Below are positions 13,100 to 24,199 of a stretch of 64,000 nucleotides of DNA, piece by piece. The stretch is from Gekko japonicus (taxonomy: Eukaryota). Numbering within the stretch: the stretch's first letter is position 1; each line of letters opens with the position of its first letter. A program made the translations under genes and the position numbers. The notes under the pieces are model-generated. The model did no database searches. It was not told the DNA's origin and saw only the letters and a list, made by a program, of their open reading frames with translations. Location of the stretch: positions 432,339 through 496,338 of the forward strand of contig NW_015169198.1 of assembly GCF_001447785.1 (NCBI RefSeq), given 5' to 3'.

Positions 13100-14436
13100 T
13101 GACCAGTATACTCTAAAAAGTCTCTTTGGGGATTGTATCTCTTGAGGATTGAGGATGCCTGCCAGTTATGAATCCCTATCAATAAATCAGGCACCAGTGT
13201 TTTTGAAAGGCAAACAGCACAATTCTTTATTCACAGAAACTCAACAGGGGGGAATATTTGCACATAATATATTGTTGTTTGGTATGAATGCTTCACTATG
13301 CATTAACATAGGCTGTAGTGTTATAACTCTAAGTTTGTCACAGACTGACTTTGGTACCTTGATTTGTGATTTCACTCTCCAGTAACTGACTGTGGTTAGA
13401 CCTTGGACTTTCTCCGTCTGGCTCCCAGAGATTGACTAGTAAGACTATTCCAGCTTTTCCATAGTCTCTTCCAGACCCCTAGTCCTTCCTTTAACCACCT
13501 CACAAGTTCCCTTGGAGGAGTGTGTGTGTTACTTTGTGACTACTGAGGAGTTATTCAGTTTCTCCTCTCCATTCACTTTCCTCTCTCATTAGAGGGGACC
13601 AGTTAGGAGCATTATCCAGCCCCAGTTTTTCTCAAACTACTGCGTGCTTTTACACTCTGCTCCAGAAGCTCCCTTTTTTCCAAGAGCTCCCCAGCTAATA
13701 CCCTTAACCAGGGGTCGTTTCGTAGAAAAAGAGCTAGGGGAACTCATTAGCATATGCCACACCCCCTGACATCACCGGAAGTGTGTCATAAGGCCACACA
13801 CACCACCCTCAAGGGTCCCGGCCGCCGGCGGCGGCCTTGCAGCTCCACTGCCGAGCCCCATGAGGGGCCCGGCGGTGGACCTGCAAGGNNNNNNNNNNNN
13901 NNNNNNNNNNNNNNNNNNNNNNNNNNNNNNNNNNNNNNNNNNNNNNNNNNNNNNNNNNNNNNNNNNNNNNNNNNNNNNNNNNNNNNNNNNNNNNNNNNNN
14001 NNNNNNNNNNNNNNNNNNNNNNNNNNNNNNNNNNNNNNNNNNNNNNNNNNNNNNNNNNNNNNNNNNNNNNNNNNNNNNNAGGCTGGCGGGAGTGCAAGGA
14101 AGCCCCGCGAAGGCCCTCCCTGGCCCCAGGCAGGCAGGGGTGGGGAGAGGCAGGGAGGAAGCCACTTACCCTCCCTCTTCTCCTGCCTCCTCCAGGCTGA
14201 ATGAGGGCCGGAAGCGGGGCGGCCGGAAGCAAAGGGCAGGGCTTCGTCATGTGCCCCGCCCCCGTACCTCACCCGGGGGAACTGCGATCCCCACGTTTCC
14301 CCCAAAATGACCTCTGCCCTTAACTGTCAATGGTCAACTCTTAACTGACACTCCCTGAGAATTCCGAGTAATCTGCCCCCAAGACAGCAGCTCTCTTGTT
14401 TACCTGCTGCTGATCAACAAAACTTTAGTTCGTCAC
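13100..14436 (-). mobile_element. Probable solo LTR split by the 13709 hAT element
   Basis: Minus-strand AATAAA (tctttatt at ~13224), LTR-like composition and a gtcaca end. The left boundary is uncertain. Confidence 0.35.
13709..14316. mobile_element. Young GC-rich hAT non-autonomous element (contains assembly gap 13889-14079)
   Basis: TIRs caggggtcgtttcgtagaaaa / tttcccccaaaatgacctctg, with a perfect 8-bp TSD cccttaac at 13701-13708 and 14317-14324. Confidence 0.85.
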
Positions 14437-14649
14437 AGGTTCCTCTTGCAGCTTGGTTCCAAGCTGTTTCAAGCTGCAAGACAGGATCAGCTGGGGTGGC
14501 AGGAACTGAGAGCTCCACATCACCTCAGCTGGGGCTGGCTTGTCTTGCAGCTCAGTTTAAACTGACCTGCAAGAGGAGCCAGCCCCAGCCAAGGCAGTGT
14601 GGCATTCTCAGCTCCCACTGCCCCAGCTGATCCTCTCTTGCCTCCCCAC

Positions 14650-15030
14650 CACACGCAGATCCTGGGTCCACTTCTCCTGTGGAATGGTTTAAACCACGCC
14701 ACAGGAGAATACTTCCCAGCCAGGTCTGTGTGCATCAGGGAGAGACCTCCCTACTGCAGGCAGATCCTGGGGCGAGCTTATCCTAGGCTGCAGTTTAAAC
14801 CATGCTGTGGGAGAAGTCACCCCAGGCAGTTCTGCATGTGGTGGGGAGAGATCTCCCTGCTGCAGGCAGATCCTGGGGCCAGCTTATCCTAGGCTGCAGT
14901 TTAAACCATGCTGTGGGAGAAGTCACCCCAGGCAGTTCTGCATGTGGTGGGGAGAGATCTCCCTGCTGCAGGCAGATCCTGGGGCCAGCTTCTCCTGCAA
15001 TGTGGTTTTAACTATGTTGCAGGAGAAGCC
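14650..15030. repeat. ~106-bp tandem repeat (~3.5 units) inside hAT element
   Basis: cagatcctggg recurs at 14656, 14761, 14867 and 14973. The middle units are near-identical. Confidence 0.9.
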
Positions 15031-15994
15031 AAGCGAGCTCCAGGGCCAGGCTGGCTTTTTTTAAAAAATAGTATTTTTCTTCTATTCCTCTTCTATTGGA
15101 CTCAGAAAAAAATTGGGGTTTTCAACAAAATCCCAGATCCGAATACTATACCAGTATTGGGATCTGTGATTTTTCAGAAATACTGAATTTCTTTTGGGTC
15201 CAATGGACCTAAACCAAAAAATACCAGTTTTTTTGCCCACCCCGAAAAACACCCCCAAGACAGCTGGAGCTGAGCTGTCTCATGCAACTCCCATTCATTT
15301 CAATGGGATCTTGGGCTGGAGGACTTGCTGATTGACTTGCCAAGTAGCTCACATTATGTCAATAGCACCATAAGCTCCTTTGAAACAAGTACGGTAAAAT
15401 AACCACATGTTTTTTGCCAGTTTTTTATATTAAAAATAATAAAACAGAGACCAGTTGTCCTTTGTTTCTAAGCAAGAGAAGAAACCAATAAAAAAAGATT
15501 AGGAGATATAGTGACTGGCAATGCTAATGCTGCACTCTGTTATCTGGAATGGAAAGAAGAGCTCACACAGCAAGGAGCTAAGTATAGAGAGATCTTCTGA
15601 ACTGAAGGAGGATTCTGAATAAAATGTGATTATTATATAAATATTCATAAATATGAATGAGATACTCTAGAAGTTGGTTTTTTCATGCCAAATAATAGAA
15701 CAAGAAGGCCATTCAAACAGGACAGTTTTGGCTTGATTGGCAGGAGCAAAGCTGTTTTTTTTTCACATAACACAATTGCCAAAATGTGAGATATATGTGA
15801 TTGATGCCAAGTAGAAAGATACTGTATTCTTCCTTCTACACAAGACATGAAACTTTTTTATTCTCACCAAGTTGGAGAACGTCGGTCTCGAATACCTCAG
15901 TGACTGTTGCCTGGGGCCGCAGACTGTTTGACTGACCATTGGCTGGGGTTCAGGTCCTCTAGGGACCCTCCTCGGCCTCACCACATACCAGGTA

Positions 15995-16340
15995 AAAGGT
16001 AAAGGTTCCCTTGCTCGAAAGCCAGTCGAATCCAACTCTAAGGTTGCGGTGCTCATCTCCGTTTCAAAGCCAAAGAGCCAGCGCTGTCCGAAGACGTTTC
16101 CGTGGTCATGTGGCCGGCATGACTAAACACCAAGGTGCACGGAATGCTGTTACCTTCCCACCGAAGTGGTACCTATTTATCTACTTGCAATTTCTTGCTT
16201 TCGAACTGCTAGTTTTGCAGGAGCTGGAACTAGAGATGGGAGCTCACTCCATCATGCGGCACCCGGGTCTCGAACTGCTGAACTACTGACCTTCCACAGC
16301 CTGCAGTTCAGCGTCTTAACCACTTGAGCCACCGCAGCTC
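15995..16340 (-). mobile_element. Sauria SINE
   Basis: tRNA-like head gagctgcggtggctcaagtggttaag and (ACCTTT)n tail on the minus strand. TSD ccacataccaggta at 15981-15994 and 16340-16353. Confidence 0.92.
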
Positions 16341-17798
16341 CACATACCAGGTACAAAGTAACAAAATCACTTCTGCCACCAGGTGTCTCTGAGCAGCCTT
16401 CAGTCTCATTCCTTCACACCTCTGTGCTTTCCAGTCTCATTGTGTCTTGACTCCCTGAGGCTGCTTTGGAGATTTGCATCCCTGCCCCCCCCCCCCGCTG
16501 CCCTGGGCAGCATACCTCTTCAGGAGTTCTAGGGCTGGATGTTTTTTCTGTGTCTGAATGCCCCCAGCCCTTAATCCCTTCTCCTTCCCCTCACTCCTTC
16601 CAGACTCTTTCCACTCCTTGGCTCCCTCCTCTATTGGGAAGACTTGACTGTCCTTTGGGGCTGTGCTGAGATTCAGCTGGCTGCACAGGTCCTGGAGATA
16701 GCCCCCAGCTGCCTTGCCATCTGTGCCTTGCCGATTAAGCCAGACCATTGGCTCTCCTTGCCAGGAGCCACCGCACACCATCCACGACTCCAGTGCTTCT
16801 TCTTCTGCCTCACCTCCCTCCTTTCCTGGCTCCCAGCTGCTTTTTGAACATGCCGCCCTGCTCACCAGAGTGATTCCTGCCATTAAGTTGACATCTCTGC
16901 ATTCCTTCTGGCCTGGCTGTTGGGTTTTTTTTTTTGCCATGCTGTCAACAGTAGGGATGGGCACAAACCAAATCACGAAGCAAAATCCATCATGAATTTT
17001 GCCCTGTTTGTGGTTCATGAACAGAAGTTTGTGATGGGTCGGTTGTCATGAACTTCCACAAACTTTTGTGGCTGTTTGTGGCGGTTCATGAGTCTGAGTC
17101 CCTTTAAACTTGTGCTTTCTGTTCCACACAAAAGCTGCAAAAACAGCTGAGCAGTGGGGAGGAGCTGTCTTCTGCTGTCCCTTTAAACGTTAAATGGACT
17201 GCACAAGACAGCCAAAAACAGCTGACCAGCGGGGAGCAGGCTGTTCCCCTTTGCTCAGCTGTTTTTCAGGCTTTCTGCAAAACCCATTTAAAGGGACTGT
17301 GGGCCCTTTCAGTGGGGGTTGCGGGGCCACAAACCGGTTTGGTTCGTGGTTTGTAGTTCAATTCATGGCTCAGCCAGGAACTGACAAGAACAGCATTGCC
17401 CCCCTAGCTGGAATAAGAGACAGACACATATGTTGGGTTAATTAATAGGCCACTTTTATTAACTTTTGATATTAACTGAGAAAACTGTAAGGAAAAATGG
17501 CAAGGGCAGAAACTCTTTGCGGGATAGTAAAGTCACCAAGACACCCTCTCTTGCCATGTAAATTAGGGTGAGCCACCCTGCCCCAGCCAGCACAGCAATC
17601 AGGAAATCACCCTGGAACTCCATCCCCTGAGCTGCGAGGCTCCAGGGCATTCCCAGGGGCAGTCTCTTTTCCCTGTCCCAGGCTGCAGGGCACCAGACTC
17701 TCTATACACCCAAGCTGGGTGTCAGCTGTTGCTCACCAGCCCACAGTCTACATCTGAACACAACCCTGCCACTGCCACTGCCAAGGCCAAGCCTCTGC

Positions 17799-18380
17799 TT
17801 AGGCCCTTGCGCCCACCAGAAGGCTCAAGGCCACCCGCAGACCTTGCTGCAGATCCTCCAGGAATATGTCCATACCCATTTTGGAAAGATGGATACCCTC
17901 ATTCCTGTGCAAATGACAACAGCTGGCATGAATATCCTGGTGAGGCAAAAATTGGCCAAAGCCTCCTTCAAGAAACCTCTGGAGCTCCCTAGCCACCTTG
18001 CGGTGTGCTTTGTCAATTGCCAGAGGGTTCCCTGCCCCGTGCCACACCAAGCATGGCACCATAGCAGACCAGATGATTAAGGTTCCAGGCCACTGCCTCC
18101 TAATGAGCTGAAAGTCAGCCCGGGCCTGAAGGTTCAATGCCTTTCCTTTCATCAGACCCAAATCGTTGCTGCCCAGAGGAATAAATTAAACATGGGGGGG
18201 TCCAACCCTCCCTTCAAACAATAACTGCAACAAACTGGTCCACTGCAAGCCATGGCATCCCAGCCACTCCACCATAGCCTACCAACTAAGACCCAGCTGT
18301 AAACTGATGGGCGTCCGCTTTGTTCGGTGAGCAGCCCAAAATACAAAACTGTGTCCTCAGATGAGAATTCTCTTCCTCTC
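17799..18380 (-). pseudogene. SGNH/GDSL hydrolase-like ORF of the YR retrotransposon
   Basis: Hand translation shows block I ILI*GHSFVFWA, block II WLGCHGLQW, block III LGSNDLG and block V EGIHLS. In-frame stops are present. Confidence 0.75.
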
Positions 18381-18457
18381 CACTGGACATCAGGACCTGG
18401 AATGAAACAACAGTGAGCAAAGGAACAACACTTCAACTCAACCTTGCTGAGACCTAT

Positions 18458-19440
18458 TTAGAGCCTCACCATGGGCCGCACATATGACTTGCAAGCTGAC
18501 GAGTGCCACCTTCCCCGGTGCTGAATGTCCCGAGCCATATAACCCATAGCTGCTGCCATGGAGGCAGCTCCAATGCAGTAGGAATGGGTGCAAAAATGCA
18601 TTCCAGCCAGCCCCAGCTTCGCCAGTGCCTTAGAAGTGACTGCCCAGAATTGGTGCTTGGTCAGAGGGCTTGAATCTTGATGATGAAACAACAGACCACC
18701 CTCCAACCCCGACCACCAAATAGGCCAACGCAGAAACTGAGCACAACTTCTCAGAACATGCACCCAGCATGACCAAAGAACCCTGCTGTTGCTGATCTGT
18801 CTTTGACTGCTGCAGGGTAACTGACCACCAAATAGGAGGCCAACGCAGAAACTGAGCACAACTCCTTCTCAGAACATGCGCCCAGCGTGACCAAAGAACC
18901 CTGCTGTCGCTGATCTGTCTTTGACTGCTGCAGGGTAATGTAAGCCTTGTTGGCAACCAAATGCACATCCTGCACCCTCAGTGCATGAGCGGACCCATCA
19001 CTCTTTGACTGAGCAACCAGCTTGTTTATCCAAAAAGCCCCACAAATTGCAACCAGGGCAGCAGCGTGAAATAAACAGGCCTCAAAATTAGATGAACAAA
19101 CATCGCTCCAAGTAGCCTGGAGGCCCCTAAGAACTGAGGGAGACATAGGACACCTGGGGTCATCTCATATCCAGCCCTCCTATATCCTATGCATTCGGAA
19201 CTCCCCTGTAAATTCAGCCACGCCCCGGGCTTTGCTAGCGTAGGCTACTGTGGACAGCATTCCTTTAATTGAGCTAACCGCCAAGCCCCTACCTTTCAGC
19301 ACAACACAAAAGTGTAAAAGATGATCCACAGGAACCAGCCACGCACTAGGGTGCCCTACCTCTTGCCTGAACTCAGCCAACTGGCAGACCGCATGGTCAT
19401 ACGCCCGGTTTTTTGCCTGGAGCAATGGCTAGCCCCATCA
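18458..19440 (-). pseudogene. Tyrosine recombinase (YR) ORF, frameshifted
   Basis: N-terminal domain HLLHFCV...LAVSSIKGMLSTVAY. C-terminal HSYCIGAAS (H-x-x-R box with R mutated) and GRWHSSACKSYVRP containing the catalytic Tyr. Confidence 0.85.
18711..18938. repeat. ~112-bp tandem duplication within YR ORF
   Basis: gaccaccaaatagg...gactgctgcagggtaa at 18711-18820 and 18823-18938. Confidence 0.9.
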
Positions 19441-19463
19441 CCCTGTGCACTTTGGCTCTCCAA

Positions 19464-19900
19464 CTAACCAGAGTTCTGGTGGCATTTGTACTGGCTGTAA
19501 GTTGGCTTCTGAGGCCAGCTGACAGAACCTCTCCATCTGTTTGCAAGAGAGAGTGTCAGCCACCCCATTGTCAATCCCCAGCACATGCATAGCAAAAAAC
19601 CCAGAATATTAAGCCACAGGCAACGGAGCATGGAGGCTCTTACCAATAACATGACCTGCTGTGATTTGGATGTGAGGGAATTAATGACCTGAACCACTGC
19701 CAAGTTATCGCACCAAAAGTGGACCATGTGGTTGGCCAACTGCTCTACCCACAACCAAACAGCTACTAAGATAGGAAAGAACACGAGGAAGGTAAGATCT
19801 TTTGTCATTCCAGCCCCCACCCAATTGGCAGGCCATTCCTCAGCACACCAAAGCCCCCTGAAGTAGACTCCAAAGCCCAAGGATCCAGCAGTGTCAGAAT
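19464..19900 (-). pseudogene. DIRS-type RNase H domain
   Basis: YSDTAGSLGFG...W...DLTFLVFFPILVAVWLW...FWCDNLAVVQVINSLTSKS. Confidence 0.85.
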
Positions 19901-20816
19901 AAGAAGCCATTGTTGGATCAGTCCACTGGCCCATCTAGTCCAACACTCTGTCACACAGTGGCCAAAAATACCAGGTGCCATCAGGAGGTCCAGCAGTGGG
20001 GCCAGGACACTAGAAGCCCTCCCATTGTTGCCCCCCCCAAGCACCAAGAATACAGAGCATCACTTGCCTCAGCCTCATCTATACCTTGTGGCTAATAACC
20101 ACTGATGGACTTCTGCTCCATGTGCTTATCTAATTCCCTCTTGAAGCTGTCCTTGCTTGTAGCTGCCGCCCCCTCCTGTGGCAGTGAATTCCATGTGTTA
20201 ATCACTCTTTGGGTGAAGAAGTACTTCCTTTTATCTGTTCTAACCCGACTGCTCACCAATTTCATTGAGTGCCCATGAGTTCTTGTATTGTGAGAAAGGG
20301 AGAAAAGTACTTCTTTCCCAACCTGCTCTATCCCATGCATAATCTTATAAACTTCGATCATGTCACCCCTCAGCCATCATTTCATCAAGCTAAAGAGCCC
20401 CAAGTGTTTTAACCTTTCTTTACAGGGAAAGTGTTCCAACCCTTTTATCATTTTAGTTGCCCTTTTCTGCACTTTTTCCAATGCTATAATATCCTTTTTG
20501 AGGTGTGGTGACCAGAACTGTACACAGGACTCCAAATGAGGTTGCACCATTGATTTATACAGGGGCATTATGATACTGGCTGATTTGTTTTCAGTTCCCT
20601 TCCTAATAATCCCCAGCATAGCGTTGGCCTTTTTTATTGCAGTTGCACACTGTCTTGACATTTTCATTGCGTTATCCACTACGACTCCAAGATCTCTCTC
20701 TTGGTCAGTCTCTGCCAGTTCGGAACCCATCAACGTGTATTTATTGTTAGGATTTTTGGCTCCAATGTGCATCACTTTGCACTTGGCCACATTGAACCCC
20801 ATTTGCCACATTGACC
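19900..20816 (-). mobile_element. CR1 LINE 3' fragment inserted in Ngaro pol
   Basis: WQMGFNVAKCKVMHIG...ERDLGVVVD...LEKVQKRATKMI...MIEVYKIMHG...RKYFFTQRVINTWNSLP, followed by the CR1 3'UTR ggactagatgggccagtggactgatccaac. Confidence 0.95.
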
Positions 20817-21960
20817 TTTGCAGCCAGGCCTCAAGCACTTTCAGCTTTATGGGGCTGGGTCCCTTTTCCAGCAGATTGGCCAGGCCCAGCCCCTTCCAGC
20901 TTCCTGCAACCCTTCCAGGGCTTGCCTCAGAAGCAAGCTGAAAAGGGGTGGGGTCCACTATGCAGGGGACACTCATGTCGGTACTGGCAAAAAATTTTAC
21001 TGCACATGCCTAGCGACCCAGATTCCCAACATATCTGGTGGGGTTGAATCGCCTACCCCACGGAACCATGGGAACCAAGTGAGCAATACATGATGGACCA
21101 AGTGACCACTGTGAGATCGATCACCAAAGTTCACTCGAACCAGCGCCATGACTTGCAGACAAAGCTATGGGTTTATCTGATCCCACTGCAAGGCTGGCTG
21201 CATGGCTGTCCTCATCCTGAACTCTTTGTCGTACTGTAGCCAGGTGGAGCCAGTGAAACCCGTATAGCCCTTGTAGATGATGTCAAAGTACTGGAACAAT
21301 GATGCCATCCTCCAAGGCTGTGCCTTTGCCAGCAGTCCCACATAAATTAGAAAACCAGCCATCTAATTTTCCCAGGTCCTGTCCACCTTCATCTTTTTCA
21401 ACTTCTCCTTGTCCTTGTTGTCTAAATCCTTCTTCTTCTTTTTTTTCCGATTTAATTGTTTATTGGGTTTTTAAAAGCCTCCCGATAAAGTAGGGTAAAA
21501 ACATCTATGTAATCTCCTTTACAAATCTTTTTCCCTGGTAGCCGGCAATAAATGGTCACCAAGAGGGAGGGCCAAATCCCTGAAGGGGATAGCTGAGGCA
21601 GGCACGGCTGCGTAGGCAGGACCCCATGGAGATGGACCACCCCATCAAGGTGCCCCTGGCATGTTAGAAGCCTGTATTGCTGTACAACTCAGGGCTCCCT
21701 GGGTGGCAGCATGTGTAGGCTGGTCAGCCCAAGGCTGCCAAGGACCCTGGCTGTATGAAGGATTAGCCTGGCCAGGAGGCACCGCTGCAGGAAGAGGCTG
21801 GCTCCACCAACGCCCCCAAGGCCAAGGCCTCCACCCATGATCCATGCTGCTCTACCACCACCGGTAACCACTGCCACTCCTTTTCTTACCATACAGCCAC
21901 ATGCTGGTAGCCTCCTCTGCAGCCGCCCTTTCCACCGTTCATCATCACCCCCCACCACCG
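20817..21960 (-). pseudogene. Ngaro/DIRS gag plus pol N-terminal stub
   Basis: KGDYIDVFTLL, then WLQYDKEFRMR...WDQINP, a zinc-finger-like ICWE..GMC..FCQYRHECP....HP, and then SPIKLKVLEAWL, the usual start of the RT region. Confidence 0.8.
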
Positions 21961-22399
21961 CAATGCCACCTAGGGCTGCAGCATCACTGCTGCTACCTCC
22001 CCTTGCTCAGTCTGAGGCTCAAATGGCTGGTGCAGCTCTCACAAGCATTCTCCCAGACTGAGCACAGGGCGAAGACTGGCCCTTGGAAGGTGGGGCCAGC
22101 TGAAGAGGCTCCAACCCCGTCCACCATTAGAACCCCATATGTGGTCAATTGCCGCAATAGACTGTCTCTCCTGGCAGGGAGGGAAAGGAGACTTCCTGTC
22201 CCCACGGCCACAAGGGCTGGCGGCCGCTGAACCGAATTCTCCTGGTTCATGCCCATCCCTAGTCAAGAGCACCTCAACACTGCCCAGGCCCTGTGGAGCC
22301 ATCCAAGCATCCACAACTTCCTTGGTACTCTTCCCTTGATTCAGATGTAGGAATCCATGATAACTGGGTTGGCTTATTGTCTCTGCACATGGGGTGACA

Positions 22400-22780
22400 T
22401 GACTATTGCATAAGAAATGATGATTTTAGCTAAGGAGAGATGATTTTAGCAAAAGGAAGTCACTGAAAAAAAAAGATAAAGTAAGGAGGAAGGTTAACAA
22501 AGAGTCTAGTAAAGAAGATGCAGACATTTTGGAAGCACAAAAACAGTTTGTAGATGTTTCAGTGGAAGAAGCAAATAAACACTATGCAGTGAGGGAATAG
22601 AAGGGGAAGAAGGCATCCAGGAGAATATTAGAGGTATAGTGGAGTTCAGAAGGTTCAGTAAGTTGAATAGTGAAAGATGAGTTGAAAGAAGGGGTTGGAA
22701 AGATTTATTCTTCCTTTGACATATTTCATATCTCATTTAAGATGACAGTGAAACATAAAGGAAGAAATGTCAGCAAGCTA
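22400..22780 (-). mobile_element. Possible ancient L2 fragment
   Basis: Purine-rich plus strand with a Leu/Ser/Pro-rich minus-strand translation typical of decayed L2. No diagnostic motif. Confidence 0.3.
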
Positions 22781-24199
22781 TTTTAAGCCATGAACAGGGC
22801 TGAAAGTATTCCCCCCTCCCCAAAAAAAGTTTCTATTATCACTGTATATTACCAGTACCTCCAGTTCACACTTGCACATCATTTTTTATTAGCTGTAAGT
22901 ATATTGGCATACATACTATTGATCATTGCAAAATCTGATTAGATTGAATTTCATAATAGAAAGAGTCCCCCCCAGTCCCTCGGAGCTGCTCATCAGATCA
23001 AACCCCATTCCAGGAGATTTCTGGCGAGTAGTCTACCCACGTTTGGCTCAGTCCGGACACATACAAATAGTTCTGTGGCTGGCTGGCCAAGTTGCTCCTC
23101 AGAGTTCAGAATTATGTCCTGAGACCTTAAAAGGGTACCAGCAGTGCAATCATAAACATGTATACTCAGGAGTTAATCTCACTGAGTTTAATGTGACTTA
23201 TTTCCTATTAAGAGTAGAGTACTTAGGATTTCATCCTTCAAGAACTGTTTCTTAAGTGCTGAAACTGGAACTGCGGACTATAAGGAAAAAACTGTGAGAA
23301 GGGAGAGGAGAGTTAGGAAGGGTTGGCCACTCTACACCCTGGGTTCTGATCCTCTAAACTTTTTGGATCAAATCCCTGGGAGTAGAAAAGGGTATAATTC
23401 TAAGCATGAATCTATTCATTTCTAATATACACATTTCGATTTACAATTTCAAATATTGTTTTGATGTTTTAAAAATGGTTTATAACAGTCAGTATTTTCC
23501 TTTGAATTATCATTGTTTATCCCTGAATCTATGAAATTACCCTTTAAAATCTCTTTATTCTAATCAAATAGCTGTGTCAATTTCTGCTGGTGCCTTTGTG
23601 ATACTATTTTTTAAAAGTTCTGTTATGTTTTTTGTGAACACACAGACTGTGAACATAGAACTCTACTGTCCTCAAATATCTAAAAAAAAGTGGCAAACCA
23701 AGACTTTGTTATTTAATGATCCAAAATATTTTTGGCATTTTCGCAAATGCAGTGAACAGATAGAAAGGAAACTAAGCATTTTCCTTCATCTTATGAATAA
23801 TGGCCTGTGTCTTATCATTCCACTCAGTAAGTCTGAATCCTCCCTTCAGTCTAAGAAACTTTCTTCCAAGTTAAGTGCCTCTTCACAGGAAGAAGAGTCA
23901 TTTCTGTTGGAGGAGGGCAATTTAGACTGGAGGAAGAGTTCATGCTGAGTAGCTTGATGGCTACACATTTAATCAGGGATTGGACCTAGCAAAATTTTCC
24001 TGCTTCTGCTTTCCAGATCTCCATGAAATGCTGCTCCTGGGGGATAGGGAAGGGTGGCCTCTTCGCCAGCGCATTGCTGGAGAATTGAGGCACTCTTCCG
24101 CCCCGACGGTCCTGCCACTGCTTCGTCTGTAATGGAACTAGAGCCACCGACTGGGACAAGTGTTGGAGATCGGGCGTATAAAATGTACCTTTAGCGAGG

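Larger units (their letters stand above)
12823..15245. mobile_element. hAT-type non-autonomous element hosting nested insertions
   Basis: TIRs taggggcgtgca / tgcccaccccga. TSD matches 7/8 (aaaaaacc at 12815-12822, aaaacacc at 15246-15253). Confidence 0.6.
17392..22228 (-). mobile_element. Ngaro/DIRS-type tyrosine-recombinase retrotransposon (degenerate)
   Basis: Minus-strand order is gag, RT stub, RNase H, YR, SGNH hydrolase, then a 3' region with AATAAA at ~17455. Confidence 0.88.
16952..22261. mobile_element. hAT-type non-autonomous element (arms 16952-17391 and 22229-22261) carrying the Ngaro element
   Basis: TIRs tagggatgggcacaaacca / tggttcatgcccatcccta. TSD matches 7/8 (gtcaacag at 16944-16951, gtcaagag at 22262-22269). 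Confidence 0.8.

Noticed and set aside
13754-14310. Several overlapping ORFs in a GC-rich stretch resembling a CpG-island promoter
   Set aside because: They span an N-gap inside a hAT element with TIRs and a perfect TSD.
14650-15030. CRISPR-like array
   Set aside because: These are whole-unit tandem repeats without unique spacers, in a eukaryotic context with no cas genes.
20377-20976. 199-aa ORF as a novel fusion protein
   Set aside because: It is a chance in-frame junction of the Ngaro pol stub and CR1 ORF2, both fragments of dead elements.
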